This document shows, in pieces, positions 19,792-29,181 of a stretch of DNA of 64,000 bases. The notes beneath the pieces are model-generated. The model saw only the letters and a program-made list of their open reading frames with translations, did not search any database and was not told where the DNA came from. Each line of letters opens with the position of its first letter. Positions within the stretch are counted from its first letter, which is position 1. This DNA is from an uncultured delta proteobacterium (lineage in GTDB: Bacteria > Myxococcota_A > Polyangia > Polyangiales > B10-G4). The stretch covers positions 1,248,001-1,312,000 of the forward strand of contig CAVSGI010000010.1 of the NCBI GenBank assembly GCA_963727445.1, in the 5' to 3' direction. A program made the translations under genes and the position numbers.

Positions 19792-20292
19792 TCACTCGAG
19801 CATCACGACCTTGTGCTCGGTGCGGGGCTCGAGCTTGTGGTCCTTGATGGTGCGGACGCAGGCGTTCCAGCGAAGCGTGGTATCGGGGTTGCCCTCGGGG
19901 GCATCCTCGGCCGCCTGCTCGTAGTGATCCATCGCCTCGCGAAAGCATTCGTAGGCGTTCTCGCTGGCGAGGCCCTTGTTGAGATAGGCCCGCCCCTCGC
20001 GCTCGCAGATCAGGGCCTGATAGTAGATCCGCTCGTACTTGCTCTCGAGCGACTTGGCGTGCCTGCGCGCGAGCCGGATCCGCGACGTCGAGGCGCTCTC
20101 GGCGAACTGGTCGGTGAGGGCCAGGATCAGGATGCGCTTCGCGATCTGGTTGTCGGGCTCGACCTCGAGGATGTCGAGGCAGATGCTCTCGGCCTGAGAC
20201 GGATCGTTGAGGAGCCGGTAGTGCTCGGCCTTCTCGATCGCGGTCTTCACCTCGTCCGGATCGATCTTCTTCAGCTCGAACTCTTCACTCAT
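19792..20292 (-). CDS. conserved hypothetical TPR-like protein downstream of sdhB
   Basis: KAEHYRLLNDPSQAESICLDIL, YYQALICEREG and LRWNACVR; all-helical; co-oriented with the sdh operon. Confidence 0.75.
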   Translation of the reverse strand: MSEEFELKKIDPDEVKTAIEKAEHYRLLNDPSQAESICLDILEVEPDNQIAKRILILALTDQFAESASTSRIRLARRHAKSLESKYERIYYQALICEREGRAYLNKGLASENAYECFREAMDHYEQAAEDAPEGNPDTTLRWNACVRTIKDHKLEPRTEHKVVMLE

Positions 20293-20347
20293 CGCCGCCC
20301 CCACAGTGCGTTGTCGCGCGGGGCTCCGAGGCGGCCCCCCGCGAGCC

Positions 20348-21128
20348 CTAGCCCTCGCCCTTTTCCTCGGCGAGGGTCTTCTTCCGAACCTTCTTACCAG
20401 TGAGCAGGCGCGCGATCGAGAGCAGGGGGTCGTAGTAGCGGTCGACCACCCGCTCCTTCAGCGGAATGATGCCGTTATCCGTGATGCCGATGTGCTCCGG
20501 GCAGACCTCGGTGCAGCAGCGGGTGATGTTGCACATCCCCGAGCCGTACTCCTTCTTGATCTCCGGGATGCGGTCGTCCTGATCGAGCGGGTGCATCTCG
20601 AGCTGCCCGACGCGGATCATGAAGCGGGGGCCGACGAAGCGATCCTTGCCCTCGCGGTCGCGCAGGACGTGGCAGACGTCCTGGCAGAGGTAGCACTCGA
20701 TGCACTTGCGGAACTCCTGCACCCGGTCGACGTCCTCCTGGTACATGCGGTAGTTGCCGTCGGCGTCGCGCTTCGGCGGCTTGAGCGGGCGGATGCGCTT
20801 GTTCTGCTCGTAGTTCCAGCTGACGTCGGTCACCAGGTCCTTGATGACCGGGAACGTCTTGAGCGGCTGCACGGTGATCTCGCCCTCGGGGAGGCTGTTC
20901 ATCCGCGTCATGCACGCGAGCTTCGGCTTGCCGTTGATCTCCATGCTGCAGGAGCCGCACTTGCCGGCCTTGCAGTTCCAACGACACGCGAGGTCGGGGG
21001 CCTGGGTGTGCCTGGACGCCGTGGATGACGTCGAGGACGACCATGCCCTCGGAGACCTCCTGCTCGTAGGTCTCGAACTTGCCGCCTTCGGAGTCGCCGC
21101 GCCAGATCTTCAGAGTCCGCTTCGCCAT
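20348..21128 (-). CDS. sdhB: succinate dehydrogenase/fumarate reductase iron-sulfur subunit (frameshift near 21005)
   Basis: GMVVLDV, NGKPKLACMT, CIECYLCQDVC, CNITRCCTEVCP; split across ORFs 20475..21131 and 20348..20944. Confidence 0.9.
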
Positions 21129-22979
21129 CACGCGTCCTTCCCGACCTTGCCGGATTCGAGGTCCTCGAGGGTCGCCTCCGCGATCGCCTTGAGCAGGGGA
21201 TCGGGATCCGGGCGCTCGACCTTCTCGACCTTCATCTCGCCGTCGTCACCCTTGGAGACGACGATGTTGTACTTGAGCCACTCCTCGTGCTCGCCTTCGT
21301 AGTCGATGCGGGTGTGGGCGCCGCGGCTCTCCTCGCGCATGTGCGCGGCGCGGGCCACCGCTTCGCCGGTGAGCATCATGGAGGGGATGTCGAGGGCCTC
21401 GTTCCAGCCGGGGTTGTACTGGCTCGCGCCCTTGGCCTTGACGTTCGCGGCCTTGTCCTTGAGCGCCTGGAGCTTCTCGATGCCCTCCTCGAGCTGCTTG
21501 CCCTCGCGGATGATCCCGACGTGCTCGCTCATGATGTCCTGGAGCTCTTCGTGGACCAGGTACGGGTTCTCGCCGCTCTCGCGCTTGAGCGGCGCGGTGG
21601 CCCAGCGCACGAGGCCCTCGATCTGCTCGTCGTCGGCCTTCGGGGTCTTGTCGAGGCCGCCCACGTAGTCGGCGGCGCCGTCGCCGGCGAGCTTGCCGAA
21701 GACGATCAGGTCGGAGAGCGAGTTTCCGCCGAGGCGGTTGGCGCCGTGCAGCCCCGCGGCGCACTCGCCGCAGGCGAAGAGGCCGGGCACGTTCGTCATC
21801 TGCGTGTCGGCGTCGACCCGGATGCCGCCCATGAAGTAGTGGAGCGTGGGGCCGACCTGCATCGGCTCGGCGGTGATGTCGACCTCGGCCAGCTCCTTGA
21901 ACTGGTGGTACATCGACGGGAGCTTGCTTCTTGATGAACTCGGCTTCGCGCCGCGACGCGATGTCGAGGAAGGCGCCGCCCTTGGGCGAGCCGCGGCCGG
22001 CCTTGACCTCGGCGAGGATGGCCCGGGCGACGACGTCGCGGGTGAGGAGCTCCGGCGGGCGCCGCGCCTCCTTGTCGCCTTCGAGCCAGCGCTGGGCCTC
22101 CTCGATCGTGTCGGCGGTCTCCGCTGCTGAAGCGGTCCGGGACGTACTCGAACATGAAGCGCTTGCCCTCGCTGTTGAGGAGGATGCCGCCCTCGCCGCG
22201 GACGCCTTCGGTGACCAGCGTGCCCCGGACCGACGGAGGCCAGACCATCCCGGTCGGATGGAACTGGGTGAACTCCACGTCCATCAGCTCGGCGCCGGCG
22301 TCGTAGGCGAGGCGAAGGCCGTCGCCGGTGTACTCCCAGGAGTTGCTGGTGACGTGCCAGGCAGCGGCCGCCGCCGCCCGTGGCCATGATCACGGCCTTG
22401 GCGCGGAAGAGCACGAAGCGGCCCGTCTCGCGCCAGTAGCCCACGGCGCCGGCGATGCGTTCGCCGTCCTTGAGCAGGCCGACGCAGGTGCACTCCATGT
22501 GGAAGTCGATGCCCTTGTGGACGCCGTGGTCCTGGAGCGTGCGGATCAGCTCGAGGCCGGTGCGGTCGCCGACGTGGGCCAGGCGCGGGTAGCGGTGACC
22601 GCCGAAGTTGCGCTGGTTGATCAGACCGTCTTTGGTGCGGTCGAAGACCGCGCCCCAGTCCTCGAGCTCGCGCACGCGCTCGGGCGCCTGCTTCGCGTGC
22701 AGCTCGGCCATGCGCCAGACGTTGAGGAACTTGCCGCCGCGCATCGTGTCGCGGAAGTGGACCTTCCAGTTGTCGCGGCTGTCGACGTTGCCCATCGACG
22801 CGGCCATCCCGCCCTCGGCCATGACCGTGTGGGCCTTGCCGAGGAGGCTCTTGGAGATGACGCCGGTGTTCATGCCCGCGGGCGCTGCACTCGATGGCCG
22901 CGCGCAGGCCCGCGCCACCGGCGCCGATGACGAGCACGTCGTGCTCGAATGTTTGAAGCTCGGAGACGTCGAGAGCCAT
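21128..22979 (-). CDS. sdhA: succinate dehydrogenase/fumarate reductase flavoprotein subunit (several frameshifts near 22880, 22360, 22125, 21930)
   Basis: VIGAGGAGLRAA, KAHTVMAEGG, QFHPTG, TEGVRGEGG, HYFMGG, LHGANRLGGNSL and REESRGAH across overlapping ORFs. Confidence 0.92.
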
Positions 22980-22989
22980 GCTCAGTCCC

Positions 22990-23826
22990 TCACATGTCCC
23001 AGGTGTTGAAGTCGGTGATCACGCCCATCGAGACCAGCCGGACGTAGAGGTCGGTGAAGCCGACCCAGAAGAGGCTGATCCAGGCGAAGAGCTGGTGACG
23101 CTCGTTGAGCCACGACGACTTCTTCCAGGCGCCGTACTTGAGCGTGCTCTGCCCGCAGGACATGCAGTTGTCGTGACCGCCGATGACGTGGCGGAACGAG
23201 TGACACCCGAGGGTGTAGCTGCCGAGGAAGACCACGTTCAGGGTCAAGACGATGCTCCCGACCCCGATGCCGAGCGCGCCGTCCCGGTGGTAAGCCATCC
23301 ACGCGTCGTGGGCGAGGAAGAAGAGGAAGATGACGGCGAAGTACATCGCGTAGCGATGCAGGTTCTGGAAGAGCAGAAGCGAGGTCTCGCCGTTGTACTT
23401 GCGCTTACCGGCGGCCATGGGGCCCACGGCGCAGGCCGAGGGCGAGCCGGTGAAGGCGCGGTAGTAGGCCTTGCGGTAGTAGTAACAGGTGAACCGGAAG
23501 GAGAGCGGGAAGATCAGGATGAGCATCGCCGGCGACGGCGGGAGGAAATCGGGCCACCAGGCAGGCCACTCACCGAACCAGGCGATGTCGAGGGGCGCAT
23601 GCCCCGCCGCCTCGAGATGCGTGAACAGAACCGGTGAGTAGAAAGGGCTCAGATACGAGCCGTTCGCCCAGTAGTTGCTCGCCTGAAAGAGCGCCCAGTT
23701 CGCATACGCGACGAAGGCGCTCAGGCCGAGGAAGACGGCGAGGGGACCCCCCCACCAGTTGTCCTTCCTCTTGGTGGCGCCGAACCCGTTTTCGTGCCCT
23801 CCGAGGACCGGAAGATGAGTGGCCAT
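22990..23826 (-). CDS. succinate dehydrogenase membrane anchor, actinobacterial Sdh1 (Rv0249c-like) type
   Basis: Multi-TM protein with YLSPFYSP, FRFTCYYYRKAYYR, NLHRY and LGCHSFRH motifs, first gene of the sdh operon. Confidence 0.8.
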   Translation of the reverse strand: MATHLPVLGGHENGFGATKRKDNWWGGPLAVFLGLSAFVAYANWALFQASNYWANGSYLSPFYSPVLFTHLEAAGHAPLDIAWFGEWPAWWPDFLPPSPAMLILIFPLSFRFTCYYYRKAYYRAFTGSPSACAVGPMAAGKRKYNGETSLLLFQNLHRYAMYFAVIFLFFLAHDAWMAYHRDGALGIGVGSIVLTLNVVFLGSYTLGCHSFRHVIGGHDNCMSCGQSTLKYGAWKKSSWLNERHQLFAWISLFWVGFTDLYVRLVSMGVITDFNTWDM

Positions 23827-24011
23827 CGAGCTGCTCTCCCATCCGCGGGACCCGAATGATTACGGGCCCACCCGCGCGCGCACCCTAGCCCTCTGGGGAG
23901 TCCGAGGCAAGGGACATAGGAACGGACCTCGCTTTCTCGCTTTTGCCCCCAAACGTCGAGCCCCGCTGCAGCCGTCACCGCGCGAAAGCGAGAGAGCGAG
24001 GTCCTTGGTGT

Positions 24012-24626
24012 TCAGCGCGTGCAGAGGCCAGGACAGGGCAGTCCGCTGCTCCCGCCGGGCGTGCAGTCGTCGCTCGGGTCGTCGACGCAAGTGGCGCCGT
24101 CGGGGCAGGAGAGCACGGGGAAGTCGGGGTAGCACTCGGCGGCGCCGAAGCCGTCGCTGCCCGGCGAACGGCCGTCGCCGGAGCCATCGCTGCCAGGCGT
24201 GCCCGAAGGGGCCACGTCGCAGATTCCGGGACAGCCGTCGCGCGCGTCGCCGTCGCAGGTGTCGCTGGGATCGTCGACGCAGATCTCACCGTCCGGGCAG
24301 CCGAAGCCGCCGCCCGAGCCGTCTCCGAAGTCGAGGCCGACAACGCAGGGCATGCCCGAGCCGGTGGGGCCGCCATCCGCCGGCGGCGGGGGCGGTGGAA
24401 GGGCCGAGTCGGGCGCAGAGGACGAGCCGGAATCTGACGTGGGTGAGCCGGCGTCCGGAGGATCGCTGGGATAGGTGGGCGTCATGCCGGCGTCGTCGGG
24501 GGCGGCTGGCGGTGGCGTGGGGGGTGGCGGTGCGCCGCTGTCGTCGGACGCGGCCGCGTCTTGGTGACAGCCCGCGAGGGCGAGGAGGAATCCGATGATG
24601 AGGGGGGTCGTTCGTCGTCCGTTCAC
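24012..24626 (-). CDS. Pro-rich, Cys-rich lipoprotein with two CVDDPSDxC repeats
   Basis: AAGGAG SD then GTG 24626; lipobox LALAGC; CPDGEICVDDPSDTC...CPGIC and CPDGATCVDDPSDDC...CPGLC. Confidence 0.7.
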   Translation of the reverse strand: MNGRRTTPLIIGFLLALAGCHQDAAASDDSGAPPPPTPPPAAPDDAGMTPTYPSDPPDAGSPTSDSGSSSAPDSALPPPPPPADGGPTGSGMPCVVGLDFGDGSGGGFGCPDGEICVDDPSDTCDGDARDGCPGICDVAPSGTPGSDGSGDGRSPGSDGFGAAECYPDFPVLSCPDGATCVDDPSDDCTPGGSSGLPCPGLCTR

Positions 24627-24808
24627 GCTTACTCCTTCGGGCGTGCAATCGCCTGCCGAAGTGGAGGAGAGCAACGGGCGTGCCGCGACGGATTCGCGAG
24701 GGAAGACCCTGGACCGTGGCTCCCCGGCGTTTCGTGTGAGGGGATCGCGCTCGGGTTCGATGTCCCCAAGCCGCTCTCTGTCCCCAACATCGACGTTACA
24801 CTGTCGCG

Positions 24809-25840
24809 ATGACGACGAAGGACGACAAGGACGAGATTCGCGCGCGGGTGATCCGCTCGGCGCAGAGCGCGGCGATGCTTCACCTCGCGTACTTCGGTGT
24901 GACCGCGGGGGTCTTCGAAGCGCTGGAGCGCCTCGAGCGCGCGACGCCGGGGGCCATCGCGAAAGAGGCGGGTCGTGACGCGGGCTACGTCGCGCGTTGG
25001 TGCGATGCGGCGTATGCCTTCGAGCTCCTGCGGGAAGCGGAGGACGGGATCTTCGAGCTGACGCCGCTCGGGGCGTCGTTCTTGCCGAAGGCGCAGGGGA
25101 CGATGATGCCGCTCGCCATCGGCGCGGTGCTCGGGGCGCACATGGCCGAGCGCGCGAGTGGGCTCTCGGTCTCGGGGGAGCGTCCGGGCGAATCTGTGCT
25201 CGCCGAGCGGGAGACGATCCTGCCGTGGTTCGGGCCGATGCTCGAGGCGCAGTTCGGGCCCTTCTTCGAGCGGGAGATCGCCGGCTCACTCGACGCGTTC
25301 GCGGCGATCGACGCGCGGGGCGGGACGGTGGTGGACCTCGGCTGCGGCAACGGCTGGTACCTGCGGCGGCTCGCGACGCGCCATTCGAAGCTGCGCGGGA
25401 TCGGTCTCGACGGCTTCGAGGCGAACATCTCGGCGGCGAAAGAGGCGGCGGAGCGTGAGGGCGTCGCAGACCGGTTGAGCTTTCGAACGGGCGACCTGCA
25501 CCATTTCACTGTCGACGAGCCGGTGGACGCGATCGCGATGAACCGTGCGCTCCACCACGTGTGGAGCGACAAGGCGAACGTCTTTCGGATCCTGCGCGAG
25601 CACCTCGTGCCGGGCGGCGTCGCGGTGATCTGGGAGCCCGCGTGGCCGGACGAGCGGAGCGCGCTTCGCGCCCTCGCCATGCGTCCGATGGCGTTTCAGA
25701 ACCTGGCGGAGCACGTCCAGGGCAATCACTTCTTGCGGCCCGCGGAGATCGCCGAAGAGCTCGAGGCGTCGGGTTTCGACGCCTCGATTCGGCTCTTCGC
25801 TGAGGGGCGGGAGGCGGTGGTGGTGGGGGTCAGGCGCTAG
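24809..25840 (+). CDS. class I SAM-dependent methyltransferase with N-terminal winged helix
   Basis: VVDLGCGNG, GIGLD, NRALHH, LVPGG. Confidence 0.88.
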   Translation: MTTKDDKDEIRARVIRSAQSAAMLHLAYFGVTAGVFEALERLERATPGAIAKEAGRDAGYVARWCDAAYAFELLREAEDGIFELTPLGASFLPKAQGTMMPLAIGAVLGAHMAERASGLSVSGERPGESVLAERETILPWFGPMLEAQFGPFFEREIAGSLDAFAAIDARGGTVVDLGCGNGWYLRRLATRHSKLRGIGLDGFEANISAAKEAAEREGVADRLSFRTGDLHHFTVDEPVDAIAMNRALHHVWSDKANVFRILREHLVPGGVAVIWEPAWPDERSALRALAMRPMAFQNLAEHVQGNHFLRPAEIAEELEASGFDASIRLFAEGREAVVVGVRR

Positions 25841-25876
25841 ACGCGCGCGCCGGAGTGTGGGCGAAGCCCACGCGCA

Positions 25877-26490
25877 CCGAAGTCCGACCCATCGCCCGAT
25901 GCCTCCGAGAGCGGTTCGCCTGCGCGGGCCGAAGTCCGACCCATCGGGCGTTGCCGCCGAGAGCGGTTCGCCTGCGCGGGCCGAAGTCCGACCCACCGGG
26001 CGTTGCCGCCGAGAGCGGTTCGCCTGCGCGCGCCGAAGTCCGACCCATCGCCCGATGCCTACGAGAGCGGTTCGCCTGCGCGGGCCGAAGTCCGACCCAT
26101 CGGGCGTTGCCGCCGAGAGCGGTTCGCCTGCGCGCACCGAAGTCCGACCCATCGGGCGTTGCCGCCGAGAGCGGTTCGCCTGCGCGGCCCGAAGTCCGAC
26201 CCACCGGGCGTTGCCTCCGAGAGCGGTTCGCCTGCGCGACCGAGGTCCGACCCATCGCCCGATGCCTACGAGAGCGGTCCGCTCACGCGAGCCGAGGTCC
26301 GACCCATCACCCGATGCCTACGAGAGCGGTCCGCTCACGCGAGCCGAAGTCCGGCCCATCGCCCGATGCCTACGAGAGCGGTCCGCTCACGCGAGCCGAA
26401 GTCCGCCCCATCACCCGATGCCTACGAGAGCGGTCCGCTCACGCGAGCCGAGGTCCGACCCATCACCCGATGCCCCCGAGAGCGGTCCGC
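25877..26490. repeat. non-coding tandem repeat array, about 12 x 52 bp
   Basis: Unit CCGAAGTCCGACCCATCGCCCGATGCCTCCGAGAGCGGTTCGCCTGCGCGGG-like, starting at 25877, 25929, 25981, 26033, 26085, 26137, 26189, 26240, 26292, 26344, 26396, 26448. Confidence 0.95.
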
Positions 26491-26581
26491 CTCGACCGAA
26501 TCGTCCGTTACGCCGTTCTTCGCCGCGGAGACGTGACCAATCGCTTGCCCGGGGGCGTGGATGGGCGAAACCAAGACCCGA

Positions 26582-27266
26582 TCAGCGCACGACCTTGAAC
26601 GCGAAGGACGGGGTCTGCAGCTTGCCGTAGAGGCGCGTCCAGATCGGCAGGAGCATCTCCGTGGCGCGGGCGCTGTCGATGCCGCCCATGTCGACGACGT
26701 CCTTCCAGCCGAACCACTCCTTCAGGTAGCCAGCGACGGTGTTGCGCGCACCCTCGTCGTCGCCGCAGACGAACATGGTGTGATCCCCGCCGGCGAGCTG
26801 GCTGGGATCGACCATCAAGAAGGCGTTCACCGTGTTGAGGGTCTTGACGACCTTGGCGCCGGGGAACGCTTTCTGGATCTGCTCACCGAGGGAGTCGGTG
26901 TTGCAGACCGAGAGGCTCGGCGGGAAGCCCTTTGAGAAGTCGAGTGGGTTCGAGATGTCGATGAGGATCTTGCCCTCGAGGTTGTCCTTGCCCGCCTGCT
27001 CGAGCATCGCCAATGCGCCCATGCCGTTGCCGGCATTGACGACGAGCTCGCGCGTTCTTCGCCGCGTCTGCGAAGGTCTCGAGACCGACCTTGTCGTTCG
27101 CCTTTCGCCATTCGGCGATGGGCGGAAGGCCCGCCATGTCCTTTTCGGTGCGCGCCATCGTCGCTTCGACGTCCCGTGTGCCGATGACGACGTCGTGTCC
27201 GAGCGAGGAGAGCTTCCCCGCGATGACCTTGCCAACCACCCCCGTGCCGAGAACCGCGATCTTCAT
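26582..27266 (-). CDS. NAD(P)-binding oxidoreductase, NADPH-dependent F420 reductase family (frameshift near 27055)
   Basis: MKIAVLGTGVVG Rossmann motif; LIDISNPL, SLGEQIQ and VVKTLNT in the second frame. Confidence 0.85.
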
Positions 27267-27351
27267 GTTCCTGCCTCCATGGTTGTCGGTGTGGAGACAT
27301 TGGTAATCGTCTTCGGCTGGGTGCACAATGGGTGCCTCAGTCAGGCTATAG

Positions 27352-28259
27352 ATGACGAATAAGTTCATGATCCCCTCTTTCACCGGCGTGCCTGTCTTCG
27401 TTCAGGTGGCGGAGCAGCTCAGCTTTCGTGGGCGCCGCGCGAGTCCTGGGTGTGACGCCCACCGCCGTGAGCAAGGCCGTCTCGCGGCTCGAGGAGCGCC
27501 TCGGGGTCACCCTGCTCCATCGCACCTCGCGCCGGGTCTCGCTGACGCCCGAGGGTGAGCTCTACTTTCGTCGCTGCCGCGAAGCGCTCGAATCTGCTGT
27601 CCGCCGCCCAGGACGAGCTCGACGCCTCGGCGGACGCCGTGCGGGGCGCAGTGAAGATCTCGCTCTCCTTCGTGCTGGGCCGGCTCGTGACGGAGAGCCT
27701 GGGGCGCCTCCTGTCGCGCTACCCGCAGGTGCGGGTCGAGCTGTCGCTGACGGATCGCGAGGTGAGCCTCGTCGAGGAGGAAGTGGATGTCGCCCTGCGG
27801 ATCGGGACGCTCGAGGACTCGTCGCTGATCGCCAAGAAGCTCCGGGCGACGCGCTGGGTGACCGTCGCGTCGCCCAGCTATCTCGCGCGCACGCCCGCGA
27901 TCGAGCGCTACCAGGACCTCGACGCGCATCGCTGCCTGCGCTTTTCGCGCCCGGGCGGCGGCGTCGCGGAGTGGCAGTTCGTCCCGGCTGAAGGTGCGGC
28001 GCCGGTGGCGTATCGCTCGGACAGCGCGGTGTTGATCGATCAGGGAGACCTGTTGCTGCACGCCGCGGCCAGCGGCCTCGGCGTCGTGCAGGCCCTCGAC
28101 TTCATGGTCGAGGAACATCTCGAGCGCGGCGAGCTGGTGGAGGTGCTGGCGCATCAGGCGGCGCCGGGCCCCGACATTCATGCGCTCACCCTGCCGAGCC
28201 GCGGCCGCGTCCCGCGCGTGCGGGCAATCGTGGATCTGCTGGCCGAGATCCTCGGTTAG
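27352..28259 (+). CDS. LysR family transcriptional regulator (frameshifts near 27430 and 27595)
   Basis: [10 protein letters not shown] / [44 protein letters not shown]; substrate-binding domain DVALRIG; divergent from the oxidoreductase. Confidence 0.88.
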
Positions 28260-29081
28260 CCGAGGCCGAAGACGCGCGCCGCGTTGTCGTGCAGGAAGAG
28301 GCGCTTCGCCTCGTCGTCGAGCTCGAGAGTGTCGAGCTGAGCGACGCACTGGGCGGGCTGGATCATCGGGTAGTTGCTGCCCGAAGAGGACCTTCTTCCG
28401 CCCGTGCCCGCGCATGAACGCGACGAGCTGCGGCGGATAGCGCTTCGGCTTGTAGGCCGAGGTGTCGATGTAGACGCGCTCATACTTCGTCGCCAGCGCG
28501 ATCATCTCGTCGGTCCAGGGATAGCCGATGTGCCCGCCGACGATCGTCAGCTCCGGGAAGTCGAGGGCCACGCGGTCGAGATAGGGAATCGGCCGCCCCG
28601 GCTCCGAGGGCTTCAGCGGCCCCGCGTGCCCCACCTGAAGGCAGAAGGGAACGCCCAGCTCCACGCACTCCGCGTAGAGCGGGTAGTAGCGCCGGTCATC
28701 CGGCGGCAGCTCCCACAGCCACGGCAACATCCGCAGCCCCACGAAGCCAAGCTCCTTCACCGCGCGGCGAAGCTCGCGCACCGCCTCCATCGGCTGCGAC
28801 AGGTCCACCGACGCCACCCCGAAGAAGCGGTCGGGATGGGCCGTCACGAAGGACGCCACCTCATCGTTGTCGATCAGCGCCCCCTTCGGCCCCCACCAAG
28901 CCGACACCAGCGCCTTCGACACCCCAGCAGCGTCGAGCGCCCCCACCGTCAGCCCCAGCGGGATCGCCGCCGGAACCTCCGTCACCCCCATCCACCGCCG
29001 GAGCGACGCGAACATCTCGTCCCCCACGAACCCAGGCGTCGGATGCTGAATCCACGCATCGATGATCGGCGTATCGCTCAC
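28256..29081 (-). CDS. amidohydrolase family 2 protein (frameshift near 28380)
   Basis: IIDAW, YPLYAECVELGVP, GGHIGYPW, YIDTSAY, KVLFG/SNYPM, FLHDNAARVF. Confidence 0.88.
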
Positions 29082-29101
29082 CTCGCGAAGCTTACCCCCA
29101 C

Positions 29102-29143
29102 AAAGAGCGAAACCCCCACCTCCGCGAAGGAGATGGGGGTCGC
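29102..29143 (-). terminator. probable intrinsic terminator after the large Ig-repeat gene
   Basis: Minus-strand hairpin ACCCCCATCTCC-TTCGC-GGAGGTGGGGGT followed by TTCGCTCTTTG, about 40 nt after the stop at 29182. Confidence 0.65.
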
Positions 29144-29181
29144 TTCGTTGGTGCTCCGGGCTAGCCGGAGCTAGTGGGCGA

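Noticed and set aside
25877..26490. CRISPR array
   Set aside because: Units are contiguous; the variable part is short and recurs in a few variants rather than as unique spacers; no cas genes in the window.
25830..26630. ORFs spanning the 52-bp array (25855, 25857, 26003, 25830)
   Set aside because: The period is not a multiple of 3, the same peptides cycle through all frames, and the unit simply lacks stop codons.
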